NCBI GenBank assembly: GCA_964016885.1
Contig: OZ024760.1
Coordinates: forward strand, 10,354,001 to 10,418,000
Length of the DNA: 64,000 bases
Direction: 5' to 3'
From: Eledone cirrhosa
Lineage: Eukaryota
Below, in pieces: positions 29,101 through 42,912 of this stretch (within the stretch, counting starts at the first letter, position 1; each line of letters starts with the position of its first letter). Below the pieces are notes generated by a model. It saw nothing but the letters and a program-made list of their open reading frames with translations. It did no database searches and was not told where the DNA came from. The position numbers and the translations under genes were made by a program.

Positions 29101-32100
29101 TATGGTCCCCCCATGAGCAGCGTATTGCTCGGCTAACTGGCCAGACCCTCATAATAGGATCGCCCAGATCCCAAAATATGGTCTCCCCATGAGCAGGATA
29201 TTGCTCGGCCAACTGACCAGACCCTCATAATAGGACCCCCCAGATCCCAAAATATGGTCTCCCCATGAGCAAGGTATTGCTCGGCCAACTGGCCAGACCC
29301 TCATAATAGGATCGCCCAGATCCCAAAATATGGTCTCCCCATGAGCAAGGTATGGCTCGGCCAACTGACCAGACTTTCCTCATAACAATGCCACCCAGCT
29401 CGACACTGTAAACGTGGTTGGTGTTAGGAAGGGCATTGAGCAGCCATAGAAACCCAACCAAAACACAGTCCTGATATGTGAAAGGTATGGCACAGTCATC
29501 TGGCCTGGCTTGTCTCATAACAAGACCACCCAGTTCAACACTGTAAACGTGGTTGGTGTTAGGAAGGGCATTGAGCAGCCATAGAAACCCAACCAAAACA
29601 CACTCCTGATATGTGAAAGGTATGGCACAGCTTGTCTCATAACAAGACTACCCAGTTCGACACTGTAAACGTGGTTGGTGTTAGGAAGGGCATTGAGCAG
29701 CCATAGAAACCCAACCAAAACACACTCCTGATATGTGAAAGGTATGGCACAGCTTGTCTCATAACAAGACCACCCAGTTCGACACTGTAAACGTGGTTGG
29801 TGTTAGGAAAGACATCCAGCTGTAAAAATCTCTGCCAAAATACAGTTCTGTTTGAGCTAGGTCTGGCGTGGCCAAATGGCCAGACGGCCAGACTTGTCTC
29901 ATAATGTAGACAACCCGGCTAACCCATGCAATGCATGGAAAATCAAAGTTAAATGGTGATGATGATGTTAAATTTGGGGAAGGTCATGTTGCCAGTATTG
30001 CCAGTAACAAGAAAGAAATGCATGCACCATATGATTTTTCACTTTTTCACTTTATTTTTATTACTAGTTATTGGTTAGTTCACCAAAACTCTTTCATCAC
30101 ATATTTTGTGACTTCCTCAATGACTATCTGTTCTCTTTTGTGCCTCCTCTCCTTTCTTGTCTTAGTCTAGTGATCAAGCTCAGGTTTTTAACACAGGTTA
30201 GTATCTCCCATATCTTGTTTACCATTCTGCACATCATATGCTCACTTGAAGAAGGACTACTATCATCGTGTTCCTAACTATGGTAGGGATAGCATATCTA
30301 AAACAAAAACATTACATCTTAACACCTGTCTGATGAAAATACGTCAAATGGTTATTATGCAATCACTTTGATGTCTTGGAAATGTGCATAACAGGATTAT
30401 ATAATAAACTGAGGATGTATACATAACACTGTCTTGCTTCTTTATAATATATATATATGTATATATAATTTCCACTGCAGCCCGTTTCCAGTGGTCCTAC
30501 AGAACCCTCACATCATAGGTAAAGACCAATTATGGGTAGGAATTGTGTCAAAGGGACCAGACAATGTTACATTGAATTCCAGCTATGAAACTAGGTAACA
30601 GCATCGTTCTATCTTCTTGATTTGTCAGCATCATAATCATTGCTGTCATCACCATCACCATCACCACCACCACCACCACCACCACCACCATCACTACCAC
30701 CACCACCAACACCACCACCACCATCACTACCACCACCATCATCACCATCACCACCATATTACCACCGCCATTATCATCACTACTACCTCCACTACACCAC
30801 AATCACCACCACTACCACTACCACCACCACTACACCACCACATCCATCATCATCGTCACCACCACCACTACCACTAACATCAACACCACTACACCACCAT
30901 CAACACCACCATCAACACCACTGCCACCACCATCAACACCACTGCCACCACCACCACTACACCACCACCACCATCACCACCACTACACCACCATCACTAT
31001 CACCACCACCACCACTAACATCAACACCACTACACCACCATCAACACCACTACCACCCACCATCAACACCACTGCCACCACCATCAACACCACTACACCA
31101 CCATCAACACCAGTGCCACCACCATCAACACCACTGCCACCACCACCACTACACCACCATCACCACCACTACACCACCATCACCACCACTACACCACCAT
31201 CACCACCACTACACCACCACCACCACCACCATCAACACCACTACCACCACCATCAACACCACTACACCACTACACCACCACACCACCACCACCACTACAC
31301 CACCGCCACCACCACAACCACTACACCATCACTACACTACTACACCACCACCACCACCATCACACCACCACCACCACCACCACCACCACCATCAACACCA
31401 CTACACCACCATCACCACCATCACCACCACCATCACCACCACTACACCACTACACCACTACACCACCACCACTACACCACTACACCACCACCACCACCAT
31501 ATATATCCTACTATGTCTATATTCCCTCCAGGTTCAGCATTCAGTACCAAACATCTCTCGGTAACACTATTGGTAAGTTTAGCTTTTATCACCATCTTGA
31601 AATTGGGGTAGAGAGGTCAGAGGTCACTGTACGGACACAGAGGTCACTGTATAGACACAGAGGTCAGTGTACTGACAGGGGTTACTGTATTGACACAGGT
31701 CACTGTACTGACAGGGGTCACTGTATTGACAGAGGTCAGTGTATTGACACACAGGTCACTGTATTGACACAGAGGTCACTGTATTGACACAGATGTCACT
31801 GTATTGACACACAGGTCACTGTATTGATACAGAGGTCAATGTACTAACACAGAGGTCACTGTACTGATACAGAGGTCACTGTACTGACACAGAGGTCGCT
31901 GTATTGACCCAGAGGTCAGTGTACTGATATTGGGTGCCATGGTGTTGGTAATGTGACTTAACTCTTGGTGATGTTTCACGGATGCCGTCATGACACGTGT
32001 GTCTTTGACTGTGTTCCAACCAGGTTTTAAAAGTACCAATGTCTTCCAGAGAAAGAGAGAGGAAAGATCAACCCCAGTACATGACAGGGACTTTATTTAT

Positions 32101-35100
32101 CAGCCTTGAAAGAATGAAATGAGAAGTCCACTTCAGTTGTATTTGATCTCAGAGCTCACTCAGCTGGAACAAGTACTGAGTGATGGAGATATGTTTCTTT
32201 ATTAGCCACAGGGGCACAAAAGAAGGGGACAAATACAAAGGGGGAAGTTTACATACAATAAAAACGTGTAAAATGTTATCACAAATGCAATTTAAAAAGT
32301 TAGTCGATTTTCCCCAATAGAGGGAGAGAGTTCATATGGGTAACACATACCCCCGAAAAAATGTGCAACCCTCATCTCCAGGAGTACAAAGAGTTTGTAC
32401 TCCTTTCCTCTCCTCCTTTTCCTCAACCTACAGGCTGATATAGAGAGAAGGCCCATTCACTGGGGCCATTCTCGCCACTTTCACCCACCTTTCATAAAAC
32501 TTGCTGGGGTACAGCACCTCTCTCTCCATCCTGATTCTTCTCCCAAAGTGGTATTTGAAAAAAAGAATCAGTTGTTGGCCGGAGAGAAAGGTGTCTGACC
32601 TCAGCCCTTTCAACCTTGTCCACCATACAACCTCTTTCGCCATAGCTATCACACAAAGGAAAACCGCCTCTGGAGATAGTAGAATAATCATAAGAAAGTA
32701 GAGGTAGATATGTCTTAAGATTGAGAAGTTGGGTAGGGGACGTGTTAAAGATTAAGAAGAGTTGGGAGAGAAGGTAGAATCATCTAAAAAAGTGGGGGAA
32801 TAGGTAAGATGAGAATGGAGAGAGGATGTTAAAGATATGAAGGGCGGAAGATGGCGTCCATTCCTACAATCTGTAAAATGGTGACCAGCATCAGGTTGAT
32901 TCACACCTTGCAAGTGAAATTGAGGGAGAAGTGTCTACAAGCATTTCAGATGGATTGTACACACTGTACACAAGCATTTCAGATGGATTGTTCATGCTGA
33001 ATCTCCCTGAGAATTATAATAAAAGCACATGTGTTTCTAGAATGCTTAACCACATGAACTGTATTACAAAATGGAATGTACGTGTCACACACTACACTAT
33101 TATTAGCTATGTTAACCCTGTCAGCTCTATAGCTATGTTAACCCTGTCACCTCTATATCTACAGCTGTGTTAACCCTGTCACCTCTATATACAGCTATGT
33201 TAACCCTGTCACCTTTACATCTACAGTAAACTACAGCTATGTTAACCCTGTCACCCCTATATCTACAGCCATGTTAACTCTGTTACCTCTATATCGACAG
33301 TAAACTTCAGCCGTATCATACCACATGGGATGTTGATCTTCTTCCCCTCCTACCCTGTCTTAGAAAGCTGTGTCACCCATTGGAAGGTAAGATGTCACTT
33401 TTTCTTCCATTTTATTGCTGTTGTGATGGTCAACTAGTTGTCACTGTGCCTCACATCAACTGTCACCCTGTCACACACCAACTGACGCCCTGTCACACAC
33501 CAATTGTCACCCTGTCTCTTCTTACAGAATAATGACATCTGGCGAAGAATAACCCAAAATAAAGCTGCCTTTATAGAGCCAAAAAACAAAGATGACTTTC
33601 ATACTGTGAGTACATTGATAATTTACTGTACTTTATATATTGTACTCTTCTCTATATATTATATTGTATTTTATACATTATACTGTACTGTACTCTACTC
33701 TATATATTATGTTGTACTGTACTCTACTCTATATATTATGTTGTGTTGTACTCTATATTTTATACTGTACTCTACTCTATATATTATACTGTTTTGTACT
33801 CTATACACTGTTCTATACTCTTTATAATATACTCCATTGTACTCTATATACTGTTTTGTCTTGTACTTTATATGTTGTATCATTCAATACCTATGAAGCC
33901 TCAGTTCTAAAACAGGAAGAGATAATGTTGTGTTGTGTTATTCATGCATTTCTACATCTTAAAAATAATAATAACTTGTGATTTAGACACAAGCCCAGGA
34001 AGAGGAAGCTGATTGAATGAATCTCAATGCATTACTGGTACTTTATTTTACCAAGCCAGTAAGGAACAAGGGCAAATTTAACCACCTGAATAATAATTTT
34101 TTCTGATTTTGGCACAAGGCTAACAATTTTGTGGCAGAAGAAAGTCGATTAAATTGACACCAGCGCATTACTGGAACTCTATTTTATCGACCCTGTAAGG
34201 ATGAAGGGCAAAGCTTAACGACATGCAATAATAATTGTTTCTACTTTTGGCACAAGGCCAGCTATTACCCCAGTGTATTACTGGTTCTTTATTTTATCGA
34301 CCCCGTAAGGATGAAAGGCAAAGTTAACCTCGGCGGGATTTGAACTCAGAATGGAAAGGGCCGCAACTCAATGCGTCAAAGCATGGCGTCCGACCCTCTA
34401 CCGATACTGCCAATCCACCGCATGGTTTCTGGTAACCCCCAGTGCATTACTGGTATGTATGGTCCCGTAACTCCTGATAGAGTCATAGGGGCGCCGTATC
34501 GACATACAGCATTGCTTGGGCAATTTTAAGCCTGGCGGAACTCATCCCTTTCCAGGCCTGAGTACAGCAGATGTCTTCTAGAGAGAGGAAGAATCGACCC
34601 CAGTATTAGACTGGTACTTCTTTTATTGACTTCGAAAAGATGAAAAGCAAAGTGTTGACTTCAGCGGGATTTGAACCATAAATCATTCTATGTGACATTC
34701 AAAAGACTCTGCCAATTCGCCACCTTTACATTGCTGGTACTGTACTTTGAGGTAACAACATGTGATTCATCATCGTTTAGCATCTATCTTCCACGCTAGC
34801 ATGGGTTTAGACGGGAGTTGTCCCACTTGAGGCAAGGTTGGTCGGGTGACCGTGTCTCGCTCGTATAGGACTGTCTGGCAGGTTTTCTACAGCTGGGTAC
34901 CCTTCCTAACACCAACCACATTTACAGTGTGGAACTGGGAGGTTTTTACCGTGTTACCTACACGGCCACAATACAGCGTGGACTGTGTGTTTTTTTTGTC
35001 GTGACACCTACACGTCTGGCGGGTTTTCTACGGCTGGGTGCCCTTCCTAACACCAACCACATTTACAGTGTGGAACTGGGAGGTTTTTACCGTGTTACCT

Positions 35101-36978
35101 ACACGGCCACAATACAGCGTGGACTGTGTGTTTTTTTTGTCGTGACACCTACACGTCTGGCGGGTTTTCTACGGCTGGGTGCCCTTCCTAACACCAACCA
35201 CATTTACAGTGTGGAACTGGGAGGTTTTTACCGTGTTACCTACACGGCCACAATACAGCGTGGACTGTGTGTTTTTTTGTCATGACACCTACACGTCTGG
35301 TGGGTTTTCTACGGCTGGGTGCCCTTCCTAACACCAACCACGTTTACAGTGTGGATTGGGAGGTTTTTACTGTGTTACCTACACGGCCACATTACAGCGT
35401 GGACTGTGTTTTTTTTTTGTCGTGACACCTACACGACCTTGATCTCATTATCTCATTTATTTGGACTGGGTGTTGTGGTACCAACTTTACAGAGAGAGGG
35501 TGGTGTTGGTGGGAGTGGGAGGATAGGGTTAGGGTTAGTGGATTGGGGTGTATATTTGGTTAAATGATATTGTTAATATGAAAGTATATGTTCTGTTGTA
35601 GGCTATGAATGATTTCTACAGCAAAGTATCTGATCCTTCACTGAATGGTGCTGTGTTTGTTGCAGTGTGTCGAGGCAAGGTAAGTTGGACGGAGTTGGGC
35701 TGGTACATCATCATCACCATCATCATCATCATCATCACTATCACCACCATCATCATCATTATTATTATCACTCTCATCATCGCCACCATTTCCATCACCA
35801 ACATCACTTTCACAGTCATCAACATTCATTGCTATTGGTTTCATCCATAGCACCACCACCACCACCACCACGCCACCGCCACCACCACACCACCACCACC
35901 ACACCACACCACCACCACCGCCACCACCACACCATCACGCCACCGCCACCACCACACCATCACCACCACACCACACCACCACCACACCGCCACCACCACC
36001 ACACCACCACACCACCACCACCACCACACCACCACTACACCACCACCACCACCACACCACCACTACACCACCACCACCACCACACCACCACTACACCACC
36101 ACCACCACCACACCGCCACACCACCACCACACCACACCACCAACACACCACCACCACACCACTACACCATGCCACCACCACCACACCACCACACCACCAC
36201 ACCACCACCACCACACCACCACACCATCACCACACCACACCACCACCACCACCACCACACCACCACCACACCACCACCACCACCACACCACCAACACCAC
36301 CACACCACCACCACCACCACCACCACCACACCACCACACCATCACCACCACCACACCACCACCACCACCACACCACGCCACCACACCACCACGCCACCAC
36401 CACCACACCACCACACCACCACCACCACACCATCACCACCACCACACCACCACCACCACCACCACCACACCACCACCACCACCACACCACCACCACCACA
36501 CCACGCCACCACCACCACACCACCACACCACCACCACCACACCATCACCACCACCACACCACCACCACCACCACCACCACACCACCACCACCACCACACC
36601 ACCACCACCACACCACGCCACCACCACCACACCACCACACCACCACCACCACACCATCACCACCACCACACCACCACCACCACCACCACCACACCACCAC
36701 CACCACACCACCACCACCACACCACGCCACCACCACCACACCACCACACCACCACCACCACACCATCACCACCACCACACCACCACCACCACACCACCAA
36801 TCTCTCTCCCTCTCTCTATAGGTCAGTGAAGGTCTAGACTTTGCTGATATCAATGGCCGAGCTGTGATCATAACTGGGTTACCATTCCCCCCAATGAGGG
36901 ACCCTAAAGTTATGATGAAGATGGAGTTCCTCAATAAATACGTTGAGAATAAGGTAGGCATTGTCCCTTGCTCCCTCC

Positions 36979-37016
<38 letters not shown>

Positions 37017-40000
37017 TTGCTCCCTCCCATCACCCTCTGTCTCACTCACTCCCATCACCCTCTGTCTCACTCACTCCCATCACCCTCTGTCTCACTCACT
37101 CCCATCACCCTCTGTCTCACTCACTCCCATCACCCTCTGTCTCACTCACTCCCATCACCCTCTGTCTCACTCACTCCCATCACCCTCTCCTCCCCCTGTC
37201 TCACTCCCTCCCATCACCCTCTGTCTCACTCCCTCCCATCACCCTCTGTCTCACTCACTCCCATCACCCTCTGTCTCACTCACTCCCATCACCCTCTCCT
37301 CCCCCTGTCTCACTCCCTCCCATCACCCTCTGTCTCACTCCCTCCCATCACCCTCTGTCTCACTCACTCCCATCACCCTCTGTCTCACTCACTCCCATCA
37401 CCCTCTGTCTCACTCACTCCCATCACCCTCTCCTCCCCCTGTCTCACTCCCTCCCATCACCCCCTGTCTCACTCACTCCCATCACCCTCTGTCTCACTCA
37501 CTCCCATCACCCTCTGTCTCACTCACTCCCATCACCCTCTGTCTCACTCACTCCCATCACCCTCTGTCTCACTCACTCCCATCACCCTCTGTCTCACTCA
37601 CTCCCATCACCCTCTCCTCCCCCTGTCTCACTCCCTCCCATCACCCCCTGTCTCACTCACTCCCATCACCCTCTGTCTCACTCACTCCCATCACCCTCTG
37701 TCTCACTCACTCCCATCACCCTCTGTCTCACTCCCTACCATCAGCCTCTCGCTCCCATTACCCTCTCCTCTCCCTGTCTCACTCCCTATCATCAGCCTCT
37801 CACCCCACCACCCACTCCTGCTGTTTCACTCCCCCCATCACCCCCTCACTCTCTCCCATCACCCCTCTGTCACACTCTCCCATCACCCCCACCCCCCAAT
37901 CTCACTCACTCCCATCACCCTCTCCTCCCCCTGTCTCACTCCCTATCGTCAGCCCCCACCCCTTTCACCCCCCATTTCACTCACCCCATCACCCCTCACT
38001 CTCTCCTATCACCCCCCTCTGTCTCACTCCCCCTCAGCTCACTTGCTTCCACCACCCTCCCCAACCCACCCATCACTATCTCCTCCTCCCCCCTGTCTCA
38101 CTCTCATCAACTCCTACTTCCCCAGATGTTGACAGGCAAACAATGGTACCAACTGCAAGGCTACAGAGCTGTGAACCAAGCCATCGGCAGAGTCATCAGA
38201 CACAAACATGATTATGGAGCCATTATCCTCTGTGATGTGAGGTGAGTTGATTATGTGGCTATCATCCTTTACAGAACAGTAGAACTCCCCTGTCTTTAGA
38301 GTACAATATAACCCTCCTGTTTTTAGAGAGCTATAGAACTCTCCTGTCTTTACAGAGCAGAAGAACTCTCTTGTCTTTAGAGAATACAGTCTGATCATTA
38401 ATCAGTCAGTCAGCTTTATTCATCATCATTTTACGTCCGCTTTACCCTGCTTGCAAGGGGGGGACAGGAACTGATTCTGGCTTGATTTCTACAGCTGGAT
38501 GCCCTTCCTAACACCAACCTCATTTACAGTAAGTGCTGGGTGCATTTTTTCCGTGGTGCCTACACGTCCACTTTGCAGTCCCTATCATCTCATTTCTACG
38601 GCTGAGTAAACTGGAGCAATGTGAAATAAAGTGTCTTGCTCAAGGAAACAACACATCACCCGGTCTGAGAATTGAACTCACAACCTTTCGAGTGCAAGGC
38701 CAATGCTCTAACCACTAAGCCATATTTTAATACCAAACCCCTATAAAATTACCTTAGTTTTATGATACAATACTATGAAAAGAATTAAGGCTTTCCAGTA
38801 TTTATGCTCTTCAGATATGATCTCCTCATCAGAAGAGAACTAGTCCACCTGTATTATTCTGTATACAGAGGAATATTACTATGGGGGTCACAAGATCTCA
38901 AGCAGGGTATAGAGCATAACTGAAATTGTCAGTCAGATTTGCATGATATGCAACTATCTGAAATTGCTCCTGGTTCTACAATGAAAAAATGTTTGTTTTA
39001 TAGTTTAGAATAGGTACATCATATCCCTGTGTGTTGTAAGGGCATCTATCTACCTGTAAAACATTGCCTCAAAAACACCCCTATGGTAGATATTAAAATT
39101 TTCATGCGGTTTCCAAGGCTAACCCCTCCTTTAGCATGCTTCCATCATAATTTTACCTAAGAACCTATGCTCCAATGCCAGGTTATTGTTACAAGGTTTT
39201 GAGAATCATAGGCAATGTTTTTCATTAGAAATATGGTAATGAAAGGGTTAATGACATAGACAATGTCTTTCATTAGAAATATGGTAATGAAAGGGTTAAT
39301 GACATAGACAGTGTCTTTCATTAGAAATATGGTAATGAAAGGGTTAATGACATAGACAGTGTCTTTCATTAGAAATATGGTAATGAAAGGGTTAATGACA
39401 TAGACTGTGTCTTTCATTAGAAATATGGTAATGAAAGGGTTAATGACATAGACAGTGTCTTTCATTAGAAATATGGTAATGAAAGGGTTAATGACATAGA
39501 CAGTGTCTTTCATTAGAAATATGGTAATGAAAGGGTTAATGACATAGACAGTGTCTTTCATTAGAAATATGGTAATGAAAGGGTTAATGACATAGGCAGT
39601 GTCTTTCATTAGAAATATGGTAATGAAAGGGTTAATGACATAGACTGTGTCTTTCATTAGAAATATGGTAATGAAAGGGTTAATGACATAGACAGTATCT
39701 TGCATTAGAAATATGGTAATGAAAGGGTTAATGACATAGGCAGTGTCTTTCATTAGAAATATGGTAATGAAAGGGTTAATGACATAGACAGTGTCTTTCA
39801 TTAGAAATATGGTATTGAAAGGGTTAATGGCATAGACAGTGTCTTTCATTAGAAATATGGTAATGAAAGGGTTAATGACATAGACTGTGTCTTTCATTAG
39901 AAATATGGTAATGAAAGGGTTAATGACATAGGCAGTGTCTTTCATTAGAAATATGGTATTGAAAGGGTTAATGGCATAGACAGTGTCTTTCATTAGAAAT

Positions 40001-42871
40001 ATGGTAATGAAAGGGTTAATGACATAGACAGTGTCTTTCATTAGGAATATGGTAATGAAAGGGTTAATGACATAGACTGTGTCTTTCATTAGAAATATGG
40101 TAATGAAAGGGTTAATGACAGACAGTGTCTTTCATTAGAAATATGGTAATGAAAGGGTTAATGACATAGACTGTGTCTTTCATTAGAAATATGGTAATGA
40201 AAGGGTTAATGACAGACAGTGTCTTTCATTAGAAATATGGTAATGAAAGGGTTAATGACATAGACTGTGTCTTTCATTAGAAATATGGTAATGAAAGGGT
40301 TAATGACATAGGCAGTGTCTTTCATTAGAAATATGGTAATGAAAGGGTTAATGACATAGACAGTGTCTTTCATTAGGAATATGGTAATGAAAGGGTTAAT
40401 GACATAGACTGTGTCTTTCATTAGAAATATGGTAATGAAAGGGTTAATGACAGACAGTGTCTTTCATTAGAAATATGGTAATGAAAGGGTTAATGACATA
40501 GACAGTGTCTTTCATTAGGAATATGGTAATGAAAGGGTTAATGACATAGACTGTGTCTTTCATTAGAAATATGGTAATGAAAGGGCTAATGACATAGACA
40601 GTGTCTTTCATTAGAAATATGGTAATGAAAGGGCTAATGACATAGACAGTGTCTTTCATTAGAAATATGGTAATGAAAGGGTTAATGACAGACAGTGTCT
40701 TTCATTAGAAATATGGTAATGAAAGGGTTAATGACATAGACAGTGTCTTTCATTAGAAATATGGTAATGAAAGGGTTAATGACATAGACAGTGTCTTTCA
40801 TTAGAAATATGGTAATGAAAGGGTTAATGACATAGACAGTGTCTTTCATTAGAAATATGGTAATGAAAGGGTTAATGACATAGTGTCTTTCATTAGAAAT
40901 ATGGTAATGAAAGGGCTAATGACATAGACAGTGTCTTTCATTAGGAATATGGTAATGAAAGGGTTAATGACATAGACAGTCTTTCATTAGAAATATGGTA
41001 ATGAAAGGGTTAATGACATAGACAGTCTTTCATTAGAAATATGGTAATGAAAGGGTTAAAGACATAGACAGTATCTTTCATTAGAAATATGGTAATGAAA
41101 GGGTTAATGACATAGGCAGTGTCTTTCATTAGGAATATGGTAATGAAAGGGTTAAAGACATAGACAGTATCTTTCATTAGAAATATGGTAATGAAAGGGT
41201 TAAAGACATAGACAGTATCTTTCATTAGGAATATGGTAATGAAAGGGTTAATGACATAGACAGTCTTTCATTAGAAATATGGTAATGAAAGGGTTAAAGA
41301 CATAGACAGTATCTTTCATTAGAAATATGGTAATGAAAGGGTTAAAGACATAGACAGTATCTTTCATTAGAAATATGGTAATGAAAGGGTTAATGACATA
41401 GACAGTATCTTTCATTAGAAATATGGTAATGAAAGGGTTAAAGACATAGACAGTATCTTTCATTAGAAATATGGTAATGAAAGGGTTAAAGACATAGACA
41501 GTATCTTTCATTAGAAATATGGTAATGAAAGGGTTAAAGACATAGACAGTATCTTTCATTAGAAATATGGTAATGAAAGGGTTAAAGACATAGACAGTAT
41601 CTTTCATTAGAAATATGGTAATGAAAGGGTTAAAGACATAGACAGTATCTTTCATTAGAAATATGGTAATGAAAGGGTTAATGACATAGACAGTCTTTCA
41701 TTAGAAATATGGTAATGAAAGGGTTAATGACATAGACAGTGTCTTTCATTAGAAATATGGTAATGAAAGGGTTAATGACAGACAGTGTCTTTCATTAGAA
41801 ATATGGTAATGAAAGGGTTAATGGCATAGACAGTGTCTTTCATTAGAAATATGGTAATGAAAGGGTTAATGACATAGTGTCTTTCATCAGAAATATGGTA
41901 ATGAAAGGGTTAATGACATAGTGTCTTTCATTAGAAATATGGTAATGAAAGGGTTAATGACATAGTGTCTTTCATTAGAAATATGGTAATGAAAGGGTTA
42001 ATGACATAGGCAGTGTCTTTCATTAGAAATATGGTAATGAAAGGGTTAATGACATAGACAGTGTCTTTCTTTAGAAATATGGTAATGAAAGGGTTAATGA
42101 CATAGACAGTGTCTTTCATTAGAAATATGGTAATGAAAGGGTTAATGACATAGGTAGTGTCTCTCATTAGAAATATGGTAATGAAAGGGTTAATGACATA
42201 GACAGTGTCTTTCATTAGAAATATGGTAATGAAAGGGTTAATGACATAGACAGTGTCTTTCATTAGAAATAGAGTAATGGAATTAGAACCTCTGGTCTAT
42301 TCAAGCTCTAACCCCTATTCCTAACTCCTACTACTACCTAACTGCAACCTTTAACTCATACCCATACCCCCTACTCTGAACTATCTCCTAACTACCCCCA
42401 TGTAACACCCCTATCCTCAATCTCCTCCACATCCCTACTCTCCCGTCCCATGTGATCTTATTCTGTCATGTGACTTCTAGGTTTGTTAATGAAAACCACA
42501 TCCGGCACCTCCCAAGTTGGCTCCGGAGTCAAGTAAATATAATGTCCAAATATGGGCAGGCAGTGCGAGAGTTGGTCTCCTTCTTCAAGACTGCTGCGAA
42601 GACGGTAAGGAATCTGCTCTCTTCTCTCATCATCATCATCATCGTTGTCGCCATCATTTTATATCCCATTTTGTCATCATTTGACTATCATCATCATCAT
42701 CACTGTCATCATCATCATCATCATCATCATCACTGTCATCATCATCATCATCACCACCATCATCACCGTCACCACCACCATCAACATCACAACCACAATC
42801 ATCACCAGCGCCATCATCACCATCACAGTCATCATCATCATCATCACCATCACAACCACCACCATCATTAC

Positions 42872-42912
<41 letters not shown>

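Noticed and set aside
39157-42263. [16 protein letters not shown] repeat protein ORFs
   Set aside because: 48-bp satellite with frequent 2-4-bp frameshifting deletions.
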